Position numbers and translations under genes: made by a program
Shown: piece after piece, positions 38,755 to 50,039 of the stretch
How positions within the stretch are numbered: position 1 is the stretch's first letter
Layout: each line of letters begins with the position of its first letter
The notes under the pieces: model-generated
The model's input: the letters and a program-made list of their open reading frames with translations, nothing else
Databases searched by the model: none
Told to the model about the DNA's origin: nothing
Source of the DNA: Gemmatimonadaceae bacterium
Lineage (GTDB): Bacteria > Gemmatimonadota > Gemmatimonadetes > Gemmatimonadales > Gemmatimonadaceae
Assembly (NCBI GenBank): GCA_051859245.1
Contig: JBHYGA010000007.1
Location: forward strand, 93,741-157,740
Direction of reading: 5' to 3'
Length of the DNA: 64,000 nucleotides

Positions 38755-41700
38755 ATGGTTAGGCAATGCACTTCATTACAGCGGACGTGGCGGTCTTCGC
38801 TGCTGCACAGAGCGATCGCAATCGCGTCGTCGGTGTTGATCTGTGCGGTAACGGCACAGGCGCAATCGACTGCTGCAATCAGTGGCACGGTGGTTTCTGA
38901 CGCGGGGGAGCCTGTCCAGGCTGCGGTCATCATCACGAACACCGCAACCGGATTCTCCACGCGAGTACGCGCCAACGACCGTGGTCAGTACAACTTGCGT
39001 CAGCTTCCGCTCGGTGGTCCGTACTCGCTGCGCCTCGAGAGTCTCGGATTTCAGCCTGTGAGACAGGACAGCATTACGCTGAATCTCGGTGATCGCCTGC
39101 GGCTCGATTTTTCCATGTCGGCGGCGAACGTTTCACTTTCTGAAGTGGTGGTCACGGCAGACGCCGCACGGGTGGCGGCGGCACGATATGGCGCGGCAAC
39201 GAATATTCGTTCGGAAGCGATCGATGCACTGCCAACGCAAGCCCGTGACTTTTCCGATCTTGCAAGCCTCGATCCAACGTATATCCGCACCGGCGGGCGC
39301 GATCTGAACATTGCCGGTCAGCGCGGCACACAAACAGAGTTCATGATCGACGGCATGTCCACGCGTCGCAGTCTTTCTGGTGGCGCCTCGGGGCAAGGCG
39401 CCTACACGCTCAGCATGGCGTCAATTCGTGAGTTCGAAGTCACGCGCAATGAATATGACGTGACCTACGGTCGGTCGGGCGGTGGCATCAATGCCGTGAC
39501 CAAGTCCGGTACCAACAACACCACGGGCGAAATTTTCGCATTTCATCGTAATGAGCGCCTCACCACGTCGGACTATCAGGATCGCGAGCCAACGGATTTT
39601 CAGCTCACGCAGCTGGGCTTCGCGCTTGGAGGACCGATCGTTCGTGACAAGCTGCACTACTTCGTATCGCTTGATCAGCAGTTGGAATCGACACCGTTCA
39701 TCAATGCCGACATTCGCAACACGGATGACGAGCTGAACTTTCGTGTCTCGCGCGATTCCATCAATCGTATGCTCGGCATTCTGCAGTCGAGCTACGGGCT
39801 CGAAAATCCAGACGCGCAGTTTGGTCAATTCACTCGTCGCCCGCTCAACCAGGCACTCTTTGGACGCCTGGACTGGCAGCTCGCCTCGAACCACACATTG
39901 ACGGTTCGCAGCAACCTGACGCGATGGAATGATCCGACATATCGCGGCGGTGATCAGCAGATCACGCTGCTCGAAGCAAAGGAAGGATCGCGCTCGATCG
40001 AGTTCTCAGGACTCGCCTCGCTTCGCTCCACCTTCTCGCCACGTTTGAACAATGAGGCGAAAATTCAGGTGGTGCGTCTCGCGCGATTCAACGAACCGAA
40101 CACTGATATCCCGCGCGGCTTTGTACGCATTCGTTCCAGCCTGCCCAACGGAACGATTGGTGATACCCGCGTGCAGTTCGGTGGCAATCGTTTGTCGCCG
40201 TCGCAGCATCGCGAACTGCAGCTTCAGCTGGCCAACACGAGCTATCTGCAGCTGCGCAACCAGCTGATCACGTTCGGCACGGACAACATGCTGACGCTCA
40301 GCCGATCGCAGGAATCCGCGAATCAGGGCGGACTCTTTGAGTTCAACTCGCTCGCAGAACTCGAGAGCAGACGGCCGTTTCAGTACACCCGACAGGCGCC
40401 GTTCGGCGAACGGCTGAACTTTGCAACGCCCCGCTCCATGTGGACGGGTTTCTTCGCACAAACGGAGTACACGGCCAGTCCAACCGTCACCGTGCAGGCG
40501 GGTCTGCGCTGGGACGCGCAATTTTTCCTGAATCAACCCCGACGGAATGAAGCAGCTGAGGCGGCGTTCGACATCACAACCGGCCAGTTTCCGAAGGCAG
40601 ATCTCACGGGCTTTCAGCCCCGACTGCAAGTGACGTGGGATCCGAAGGGAAATGGCCGCCGACTGCTGCAGATCGGCGGTGGTGCGTTCCGCACACAGAC
40701 GCTCAACTGGACCACCGTCAACGCGTTCCTTGGAACGGGTAACCAGTTTGCCGACATCACGCTCACAGGCGCGCAGGTTCCAACGCCTGATTTCCCGGCG
40801 TACCGCCGCGATCAGAGCACCGTACCAGGCATTCCTTCGTCGGGCGCAGTCCAGACAGCGCCGCAGTTCCTGAATGTCTTCAGCGAAGACTACCAGCTTC
40901 CGCTGATCTGGAAAGCGAATGCAACAATCCGTGAAGATTTTGGCTGGGCATCTGTAGGACTGAATGTTCTGGCGTCACGCACCACTCGCAACTACGCCTA
41001 CGTGGACCGCAACCTGCGCGAGACGCCAGCGTTCACGTTGCCCGATGGCCGCGGTGTGTTGGTGCCAGCCGCGAGCATTCCCGCCAACGGACGGCCCAAC
41101 GTCAATGCGGCGCGCATTAACACAAACTTTGGTCGTGTATTCGAACTGGTGGATGTTGGCGAAGCCACAAACCGCGCCATGGTGCTCGACATGATGGTGC
41201 CGTTGCGTGAAGGCGCCATGCTGAGTGGCTCATACACACTCAACGAAACGCGTGACAATCTGTCATTCAACTGCTGCAACCCGGTGCTGAGCACACCGGT
41301 GCCGGGTGATCACCGCGCGCTTTCGGGCGCACTGACGGCGGCTGATTTCGACTTCCGGCACAAAGTCGTGCTCGTTGCACTGCTGCCAGAGTTCTACGGC
41401 TTCCGATTCAGCGCTCGCTACGAAGGCCAGTCGGGCACGCCGTTCTCCTTGATGGTGGGCAGTGACATCACGGGTGATGGCCAGGCCAACAACAACCTCG
41501 CCTTCGTCTTCGATCCGGAAGATCCCACGACGCCTGCCGCGGTGGCCACCGCCATGCGCGAGGTATTGAGCAATCCGGACAATCTTGCCGCCGACTACAT
41601 CCGCAGCAGTCTGGGCAAGATCGCCGAGCGCAATGGTGGTCGGAGTCCGTGGAATACGCGCATCGATATTCGCGCCAGCCGCTTCTTCAATACGATCGGC

Positions 41701-41925
41701 GGTCAGCGTGCGGAGCTTGTGCTCGACGTGTTCAACGTGGCCAATCTCTTGAATCGCTCGTGGGGTGCGTCACGCTCGCTCGGCCAGCGCCAGACGCTGT
41801 TGAACGTGACAGGCTTCGATCGTACCACCCAGCAGTACGTGTACGAAGTGAACAAGAACGTTGGCGTCACGCAGCTGAACGGCGATCCCTACCAGATCCA
41901 GCTCGGCGCGCGGTACCACTTCTGA
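38755..41925 (+). CDS. Oar-type TonB-dependent receptor
   Basis: CarboxypepD_reg-like N-domain, YGRSGGGINAVTKSGTN plug motif, terminal LGARYHF; start approximate. Confidence 0.9.
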   Translation: MVRQCTSLQRTWRSSLLHRAIAIASSVLICAVTAQAQSTAAISGTVVSDAGEPVQAAVIITNTATGFSTRVRANDRGQYNLRQLPLGGPYSLRLESLGFQPVRQDSITLNLGDRLRLDFSMSAANVSLSEVVVTADAARVAAARYGAATNIRSEAIDALPTQARDFSDLASLDPTYIRTGGRDLNIAGQRGTQTEFMIDGMSTRRSLSGGASGQGAYTLSMASIREFEVTRNEYDVTYGRSGGGINAVTKSGTNNTTGEIFAFHRNERLTTSDYQDREPTDFQLTQLGFALGGPIVRDKLHYFVSLDQQLESTPFINADIRNTDDELNFRVSRDSINRMLGILQSSYGLENPDAQFGQFTRRPLNQALFGRLDWQLASNHTLTVRSNLTRWNDPTYRGGDQQITLLEAKEGSRSIEFSGLASLRSTFSPRLNNEAKIQVVRLARFNEPNTDIPRGFVRIRSSLPNGTIGDTRVQFGGNRLSPSQHRELQLQLANTSYLQLRNQLITFGTDNMLTLSRSQESANQGGLFEFNSLAELESRRPFQYTRQAPFGERLNFATPRSMWTGFFAQTEYTASPTVTVQAGLRWDAQFFLNQPRRNEAAEAAFDITTGQFPKADLTGFQPRLQVTWDPKGNGRRLLQIGGGAFRTQTLNWTTVNAFLGTGNQFADITLTGAQVPTPDFPAYRRDQSTVPGIPSSGAVQTAPQFLNVFSEDYQLPLIWKANATIREDFGWASVGLNVLASRTTRNYAYVDRNLRETPAFTLPDGRGVLVPAASIPANGRPNVNAARINTNFGRVFELVDVGEATNRAMVLDMMVPLREGAMLSGSYTLNETRDNLSFNCCNPVLSTPVPGDHRALSGALTAADFDFRHKVVLVALLPEFYGFRFSARYEGQSGTPFSLMVGSDITGDGQANNNLAFVFDPEDPTTPAAVATAMREVLSNPDNLAADYIRSSLGKIAERNGGRSPWNTRIDIRASRFFNTIGGQRAELVLDVFNVANLLNRSWGASRSLGQRQTLLNVTGFDRTTQQYVYEVNKNVGVTQLNGDPYQIQLGARYHF

Positions 41926-41934
41926 CGCGGGTAG

Positions 41935-41969
41935 GACGGGAGCGATGCGATGTGGGCATCGCTCCCGTC
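41935..41969. terminator. Perfect 14-bp hairpin between convergent genes
   Basis: GACGGGAGCGATGC-N7-GCATCGCTCCCGTC; no clear U-tract. Confidence 0.6.
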
Positions 41970-41976
41970 TTGCGAG

Positions 41977-44313
41977 TTACTGCGTTGAGACGGTAGACGA
42001 ACACGCGCGAACCGCGTGCGCCGCTTGTGGAACGGCATCCGTAATGAGCATGCCAACGCGCGCGTTCACGAGCGGACAGAAACGCTGCCACTCACCACGC
42101 ATTGCTGCGGCATCGAGTTCGCCAAACGTGCTGACCATTCCACGCACACCGCGAGCGCGCAGCTTATTAATGACGGTGGCGTCCCATCCGTCGCGAATGG
42201 AGCCAACGCCCACCACAAACCGCGAATGATCATACGGCATGGCGAGGAGCGCGTCTGCTTCGGCCACTGACAGCGTGCCGTCGCGATCCGGATCGTACCA
42301 GAACGACAACATCAGGGACGGCATCAAGCGCTGATAGGAGGCAACTTCTTCGATAGAGCGCGCAATCGCCATGGTGCGATTCTCAGCCTTTGCCGCTCGC
42401 ACGGCGGCTACGATGTCTTCCGGCGAGACGCCGGCCTTCACATCGAGCCGCAAGACGGCGCGTTTGTCCGCCCAGGCCATCGCCTCCGCCAACGTGGGAA
42501 TCGGAAAGGTGGTGACGCTTCCGTCAACGGTGCGTAGTCTGAGCGGACGCAGATCATCGCGCGTCAGCTCACCGATGCGCCCGCGGCCGGTTGTGGTGCG
42601 CGTGATTTCATCGTCATGCAGCACCATGAGTGTTCCGTCCTTCGAGCGACGCACGTCAAGCTCAATGAGCATTGGTCCGTGGCCGAGCGATCGCTCGAAC
42701 GTGGGCAGTGCGTTGTCAGGGAATCCCCGCGCCGGCCCGCCACGATGCGCGCTCACCAGAGTGCCGGCACCGGAACGTGCGTCAAAGAAGCGACGCAGTG
42801 AATCGGCGGTTGGGAACGCGCGATAGTTCGCCGCGTGCGTGCTGTCGACAGCGGGAACGGCTGATGTCTGTGATGCACGGGGCACCGGCGGGACAAAGGA
42901 CAATGCGCCTGAGAGCAGTACGCCGTCTGGCGCCACAAAATCGAGATTGAGCAACGCGCCAACGAGTGGGGCGACGTTCGTGAGCTGTGTTTGACCAAGC
43001 CGCGCACCGGCGCGAATACCGGCGCCCCATGCGACAAGACCGGTTTCCATGTTGCGAAAGCCGGGGTAGTGCCCGTGCGTGCCACCTTTGCCCGGGCGAA
43101 CGGCTGCACCGCTACTCGCGGATGTCATGGACACGCCGTCCACGCCCGAGATGCTGAACATGGAGTTGGGGTCGGCACCAACCCGTGTCATCTCTGCATG
43201 ATCGATCGACACGAGCAACTTCTGAATCGCTTGCGGCTGCGCCGCGACCGCGTCACGCGCAATGCGAAGCGCAGCCGTGTCGGCCGGGTCGCGCAGCATC
43301 AGAAATGCGCTGGCGCCCGAAGTGTGAAAGCGCGCGCGCCAATCGTTTGCCTTCGTTGCTGAGCCGAGGAGGCCGGCTTCTGCGAGCCAGACATTTGGCG
43401 CGAGCGTGGTATGAATGTCGGAGAACCCGTGATCCCCCGTGATGATAAATGTGGTCTGTTCAAGAATCCCGGCCTCTTCGGCTGCTTCAACAATGCGCGC
43501 GATGCCACGATCCACTGTTTGCACCGCCCGCTCCACCATGTGATGGTCACGACCGTAACTGTGCTGGTGTGAATCGGTTGTGGTGAAGTGCACGAGCATC
43601 AGCGACGGCTTTTTCACGCGGAGTGTGTACGAGGCCATGGCGGCCATGCGATCATCTCGCGACAGCGTTGCTCCACGAAAACGATCGTCCATGGGTTCCA
43701 CAGCGCGTGACTCAAGTTCCGCGAGAAACTCACGCGGACGTGTTGCCGCGCGCAGGGTGGCCGTGCGATCGCTGTCATCCAGTGGCCAGATTTCCGGAAC
43801 ATTCCACGTGATATTTGCGCCCACGGTGACCGGCCACCACAATGCGGCTGACGTTCCACCGCGCGCATGCACTGCATCCCACAGTGTTGGCGTGGTGATC
43901 GCTGATGATTCCCAGTACCACGCGCCCGTTTGTCCTTGCGGCTCAAATGGCGAGTTATAGAAGATGCCGTGGCGTGCCGGCTGTGCGCCGGTCACGATGG
44001 TGGTGTGCGACGGATAGGTGACTGACGGATGCACACTCTGCACACCGGTCGCGTGTGCACCTTCGGCCGCCATGCGTCTCAGTATGACCGACGGCCAGCG
44101 CGGTTCCAGGTAAAAGTCGGGGCGGAAGCCGTCAACGGAAATCAGCACAACGTGTCGCGCGGGGGATGCGGCCAGCGACGGCTGTGCACGCTCCGTTTCG
44201 CTGCCAGACTGCGCAGACAGCGTTGACGCTGTCACACTCAGTGCCAGCAGGCCACATCGGATATTTTGTCGCCGCAGGATACAATTGGGCGACACTTTGG
44301 AGAACAACGACAT
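41977..44313 (-). CDS. Secreted NPP/alkaline-phosphatase-superfamily + GDPD fusion
   Basis: ISVDGFR, PSVTYPSHTT, D...H, TGDHG, GTHG; then SAHRGG, IELDVRRSKDG..V.HD, LDVK, ITD. Confidence 0.88.
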   Translation of the reverse strand: MSLFSKVSPNCILRRQNIRCGLLALSVTASTLSAQSGSETERAQPSLAASPARHVVLISVDGFRPDFYLEPRWPSVILRRMAAEGAHATGVQSVHPSVTYPSHTTIVTGAQPARHGIFYNSPFEPQGQTGAWYWESSAITTPTLWDAVHARGGTSAALWWPVTVGANITWNVPEIWPLDDSDRTATLRAATRPREFLAELESRAVEPMDDRFRGATLSRDDRMAAMASYTLRVKKPSLMLVHFTTTDSHQHSYGRDHHMVERAVQTVDRGIARIVEAAEEAGILEQTTFIITGDHGFSDIHTTLAPNVWLAEAGLLGSATKANDWRARFHTSGASAFLMLRDPADTAALRIARDAVAAQPQAIQKLLVSIDHAEMTRVGADPNSMFSISGVDGVSMTSASSGAAVRPGKGGTHGHYPGFRNMETGLVAWGAGIRAGARLGQTQLTNVAPLVGALLNLDFVAPDGVLLSGALSFVPPVPRASQTSAVPAVDSTHAANYRAFPTADSLRRFFDARSGAGTLVSAHRGGPARGFPDNALPTFERSLGHGPMLIELDVRRSKDGTLMVLHDDEITRTTTGRGRIGELTRDDLRPLRLRTVDGSVTTFPIPTLAEAMAWADKRAVLRLDVKAGVSPEDIVAAVRAAKAENRTMAIARSIEEVASYQRLMPSLMLSFWYDPDRDGTLSVAEADALLAMPYDHSRFVVGVGSIRDGWDATVINKLRARGVRGMVSTFGELDAAAMRGEWQRFCPLVNARVGMLITDAVPQAAHAVRACSSTVSTQ

Positions 44314-44467
44314 CTGAACACTCCGGTAGAAGTACGATTGGAGTGTCAGTATCCCTCACTGGCTAACGTGTCTAATCGACAATCTGGTAACAGTGCCGCA
44401 TCAAATCGCCTGAAGCCACGGCGCGCGAAGCGTTGCGCGCCGTGACGGCAGCCTTTCTGCAACGGCG

Positions 44468-46276
<1,809 letters not shown>

Positions 46277-46330
46277 TTATGTTCGTCGCGTGGTCGCGCA
46301 CTTCGAGCGCCGCCGAACAAAACCGCACCG

Positions 46331-46413
46331 CCACGCTTCCTCCGCCGGTTTGAACCGGGTCAGGTTCCAAGAGACTCTCTCAACCACGGCGAACGCCGCG
46401 GTACCCCTGGTGG
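46331..46413 (-). ncRNA. TPP riboswitch
   Basis: Minus strand CCACCAGGGG...TTGAGA...GGAACCTGACCCGGTTCAAACCGGCGGAGGAAGCGTGG, upstream of thiC. Confidence 0.9.
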
Positions 46414-46467
46414 CTGGTACTTCCTCAAAACTAGCGCCCGCGCGGGCGTCGTGCGGGTTCGGTCTTT

Positions 46468-46553
46468 GGCCGGAAGGGCCCCTCCCGAAATTCCGCCGTC
46501 AACTGCCGCTGCGCGGCAGACACGGCGGAATTTGAGAGGGGCGCCCTCCGGCC
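46468..46553 (-). repeat. Long hairpin element copy 3 (GCGCAGC core on the minus strand)
   Basis: ~32-nt arms (46468-46499 / 46522-46553) around CAACTGCCGCTGCGCGGCAGAC. Confidence 0.8.
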
Positions 46554-46683
46554 TGGCTGGTGAGGCGCTGGGGCTGCGGGTGCGGAGCGCAGACGCTCAG
46601 CACAGCGAGGGGTTCCGGGCGCATCGGGTTTCGTTCGTGCGCCGGAGGGGCACGCGGTGTTCAGGTGCGACGGCGGGGCGTAC

Positions 46684-47445
46684 TTACGCGGACTGCGCGC
46701 GTAGCGCGGCGTGGCGATCGCTCGCGGTGTAGACGTCGAGGTGGTTGAAGCAAGCGGGGGAGGTGGTGTGCAGAAGCGCGTGCAACATCACGGCCAGGCG
46801 GCGGCTCTCGAGGTCGGCGTGTTCGTGGCCGCGCGTTTCCATGAGCGAACGCCACGTGCGAACGTTGGCGGTGATGATGAGTCGTGTGGCGACGGACGAC
46901 GGCAGCACGGACCAGGCGCCATCGCGGGCAAGGCGGCGACGCTGCGTCTTGTCGGGTACCCACGCATAGCGCGTGAGCAGCGCGTCGAACAGGGCGCGAT
47001 AGTCGGCCATGGCGGATTGCATCTGCGCGCGCCACGCAACTTCATGCGACTCGTCGCCAAGTAACGCCGGTGGGACCACGAATGCCAGTTCGTCATCGTC
47101 CGCATGACGTGGGGAGAGTTCCGCCACGGCAAGACCGCTTGACGCCAGGAGGATCTCGTGTGACAACGAACGACTGATGCCCTCCGCGAATACCGAAAAA
47201 TGTACGTGCTCGAAAGCGCCGGTGCGCAGCGGATCGTTGAACTGCGCCAGATAGTCGCGTGTTGAGCGCTGCGACGGATTGTCATGACTCAGATGTCGCA
47301 ACCGACCCGCATACTCGGCCAATCGTTCGGCATCGCTGCTCGCCCCCTGTCGGTTCACCCGCAGGTGCTCGGGCTCGGAAAAGGTGGGTTGCGCAAGCAA
47401 ATGAACGCGCGGTTCTCGAAGGAAAATGGCGTCGGTAGGAGACAT
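46684..47445 (-). CDS. ThyX-fold protein with degenerate catalytic motif
   Basis: ERLAEYAGR, FEH, EGISRSLSHE, VLP, TANVRTW match ThyX, but RHR..S.RY reads LAS..SPRH. Confidence 0.8.
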   Translation of the reverse strand: MSPTDAIFLREPRVHLLAQPTFSEPEHLRVNRQGASSDAERLAEYAGRLRHLSHDNPSQRSTRDYLAQFNDPLRTGAFEHVHFSVFAEGISRSLSHEILLASSGLAVAELSPRHADDDELAFVVPPALLGDESHEVAWRAQMQSAMADYRALFDALLTRYAWVPDKTQRRRLARDGAWSVLPSSVATRLIITANVRTWRSLMETRGHEHADLESRRLAVMLHALLHTTSPACFNHLDVYTASDRHAALRAQSA

Positions 47446-47570
47446 GGCCAGTCGGCGGTGGGGCGGGGAATCCATCGGCTTCACAAGAAACTACTGGTCA
47501 GCCTCTGGCGCGGCGCAAAATCGCGGGTGAATTCAAGGGCGAGGACCTGCGATCCGATACCGGAACCCGT

Positions 47571-48869
47571 ATGACACACCCCGCTGCCGTTCCCGCTTCA
47601 GCTCCGCCGGTGCGCGCGTCGCACGGCGAAGGCCTCGCCACGCCGCAAGCATTTCGCGACGTGCTCACGAGCCTTGCACTCGTCTCGTGGCCCGATCTCG
47701 ACACAGCGCTGAGCCAGATCTGCCGAGCTGCAGCAGCCGCCATGGACGTCGCGCGCGTGAGCGTGTGGCGCTACGATCGAACGCGCGCGGGCATTCATTC
47801 GAGTGCGGAGTGGCACAACGGCATTCCCGGGTGGGACGCGCACGTGGTGAATGCCACCACGCATCCGATCTACTGGGCGGCGCTGCACGCATCGCGCGTA
47901 CTGGCCATCACCGACGCGCTGCACGATCCGGTGCTGGCCGAGTTTCGCGAGGGATACATCAAACCGCTTGGCATTGGTGCGATGCTCGATTCCGGCGTGC
48001 GCGCCGAGCAACAAACGCTTGGCATTGTGTGTTTTGAGCACGTGGGCGGCGCGCGTGAATGGAGTATTGCGGAGCAGGAGTTTGCGGCATCGGTTGCCGA
48101 TCGTGTCGGGTTGGCGCTGGCGCTCGATGAACACCGCCGACTCGAAGCGGATTTGCGTCAGATGCAGAAGATGGAGGCGATCGGGCTGCTGGCCGGCGGT
48201 GTCGCACACGATTTCAATAATGTGCTGGGCGTAATTCTCGCGTCGACCGAACTGCTGCGCGATGGGCTCGCACACGGCGATGATGTCACCGTAGATCTCG
48301 ACGCGATCAGCGAAGCGGCAAAACGTGCAGCTGGGCTGACAAAGAAGCTGCTGTTCATTGCCAAGCGAGAAGCCATGGCACGCGAGCGGCTCGATATCAA
48401 CGATGTTGCGCGCGACTTCGTGAACATGGCAAACTCCATTTTGCGCAAACAGGCCAACGTAGTGCTCGGGCTCTCGGGTGAGCCGTTAATCATTGACGTC
48501 GATCGCGCGTTTCTTGATCAGGCGCTGCTGAATCTGGTGACGAACGCGGCGCAGGCGATGCCGGCGGGCGGCACACTGACATTCGAAACGTCGCTGGTGA
48601 GCAATGGGTCAAGCGTGATGGCGTTTGGTACCTCACTGCCGCAGGGCACGTTTGCGCGACTCACGGTGCGCGATACGGGCAAGGGCATTCCGCGCGAGCA
48701 ACTCTCTCGCATTTTTGAGCCGTTTTACAGCACCAAGGGCGAGAATGGTACCGGGCTCGGGCTGGCCGTGGTCTACGGTGGCGTTCGTCAGCACGAGGGA
48801 CACGTGGCCGTGGAGAGTGAGGCTGGTCGCGGTTCCGCGTTCCATCTGTTGTTTCCCGTGGCGCGCTGA
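47571..48869 (+). CDS. GAF-HisKA-HATPase sensor histidine kinase
   Basis: AGGVAHDFNN, NLVTNA..AM, DTGKGI, FEPFYSTK, GTGLGL. Confidence 0.92.
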   Translation: MTHPAAVPASAPPVRASHGEGLATPQAFRDVLTSLALVSWPDLDTALSQICRAAAAAMDVARVSVWRYDRTRAGIHSSAEWHNGIPGWDAHVVNATTHPIYWAALHASRVLAITDALHDPVLAEFREGYIKPLGIGAMLDSGVRAEQQTLGIVCFEHVGGAREWSIAEQEFAASVADRVGLALALDEHRRLEADLRQMQKMEAIGLLAGGVAHDFNNVLGVILASTELLRDGLAHGDDVTVDLDAISEAAKRAAGLTKKLLFIAKREAMARERLDINDVARDFVNMANSILRKQANVVLGLSGEPLIIDVDRAFLDQALLNLVTNAAQAMPAGGTLTFETSLVSNGSSVMAFGTSLPQGTFARLTVRDTGKGIPREQLSRIFEPFYSTKGENGTGLGLAVVYGGVRQHEGHVAVESEAGRGSAFHLLFPVAR

Positions 48870-48959
48870 CCGCTCAAGTCACGGCGTGGAGCGTCCGAGA
48901 TTCTCATCTCGTACGACATTCCCTGTTCACCATATTCGCTCTGCGGACGAACGACTGTT

Positions 48960-49466
48960 ATGGAACGCGCACGCGCCAGTCTGAAAGCATACAAGGCAAA
49001 CTCGGCCACGATTGATGTGGTGTTTCGTTCAATCTGTCTCGACACCACCGAACATGTGGGATCCACGCGCGCCAGCGTGTGGACGTTTCACGAACCACTG
49101 CGCGATGCCATTGAAAGTGTGTGCCTGTACGACACACGGGACCAATCCTTTACGAGCGGCGCGGTGCTACGCGAGGAAGACTTCCCGGCGTATTTTCACG
49201 CAGTGACGAACGATCTGCGTATTGTTGCACCGGATGCTATTACGCACGAAGCCACGCGCGCCTTCGATGATGTGTACTTTGCGCCGCTGGATATTCGTTC
49301 GCTGCTGGACTATGTGGTGCTGATCGGCGACCGCCCCGTTGCGGTGCTGTGCTGCGAACACTGCGGGGAGCAGAAAGACTGGGCGCCGGCGCACATCGAC
49401 TATCTGCAGGCGATGTCAAGCGTGGTAGCGTTCACGCTCAAACACGCGGAAAAAGCGGCCGCCTGA
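48960..49466 (+). CDS. Stand-alone GAF-domain protein
   Basis: RASVW, FP.YF, Y..PLDIRSLLD, VLCCEH..W; same subtype as the kinase GAF. Confidence 0.82.
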   Translation: MERARASLKAYKANSATIDVVFRSICLDTTEHVGSTRASVWTFHEPLRDAIESVCLYDTRDQSFTSGAVLREEDFPAYFHAVTNDLRIVAPDAITHEATRAFDDVYFAPLDIRSLLDYVVLIGDRPVAVLCCEHCGEQKDWAPAHIDYLQAMSSVVAFTLKHAEKAAA

Positions 49467-49484
49467 CGCGCGTTGCACACGGTG

Positions 49485-50039
49485 TCACAACGCGCGCGCT
49501 TTCGCTTCGCCGCGTTTGCGCACCACGCCGTAGAGCTGAATGCCAATGCCGAGCAACACCGTGAGCACGGCTGAGATCCCCACGCCGGCGAGCAGCCCCA
49601 CGCTGTCGCGCAGTACGGCGTATGTGCAGATCAGCACCAGCGCAACCGTTGGCACTTCGTTCATGACACGAAAGCGATCACTCGTCATGACATGCTCATT
49701 GCGTGCGAGCTTGCGCACCACGCCGCTCATCCAGCCGTGATAGCCTGAAAGCGCAAACAGGAGCACGAGTTTGACCATCAGCCATCGCTGACTCAACAGC
49801 GCGGTGTTATGCGCAATCATGGTAATGCCACCCAGCCACGTCATCAGCATGGCCGGTGTGGTGATAATGCCGAGCAGACGCTGCTCCATGATGCTGTACT
49901 GCGCTGTGAGTACAGCACGCGTATTGTCGGTGCGCTGCTGCGCCTCGGCGTGGTACACAAACAGTCGGGGCAGGTAGAACAGTCCTGCCATCCACGACAC
50001 CATGCCCACCAGATGAAAAATCTTGGCGTAGAGATACAT
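49485..50039 (-). CDS. hemJ: Protoporphyrinogen IX oxidase HemJ
   Basis: K.FH....SWMAGLFYLPRLFVYH, ME.RL..II..PAM, WL.VKL, FR.MNEVP. Confidence 0.92.
   Translation of the reverse strand: MYLYAKIFHLVGMVSWMAGLFYLPRLFVYHAEAQQRTDNTRAVLTAQYSIMEQRLLGIITTPAMLMTWLGGITMIAHNTALLSQRWLMVKLVLLFALSGYHGWMSGVVRKLARNEHVMTSDRFRVMNEVPTVALVLICTYAVLRDSVGLLAGVGISAVLTVLLGIGIQLYGVVRKRGEAKARAL

Noticed and set aside
41931..41973. GTAG-type REP
   Set aside because: Single copy in the window; adequately explained as a hairpin between convergent genes.
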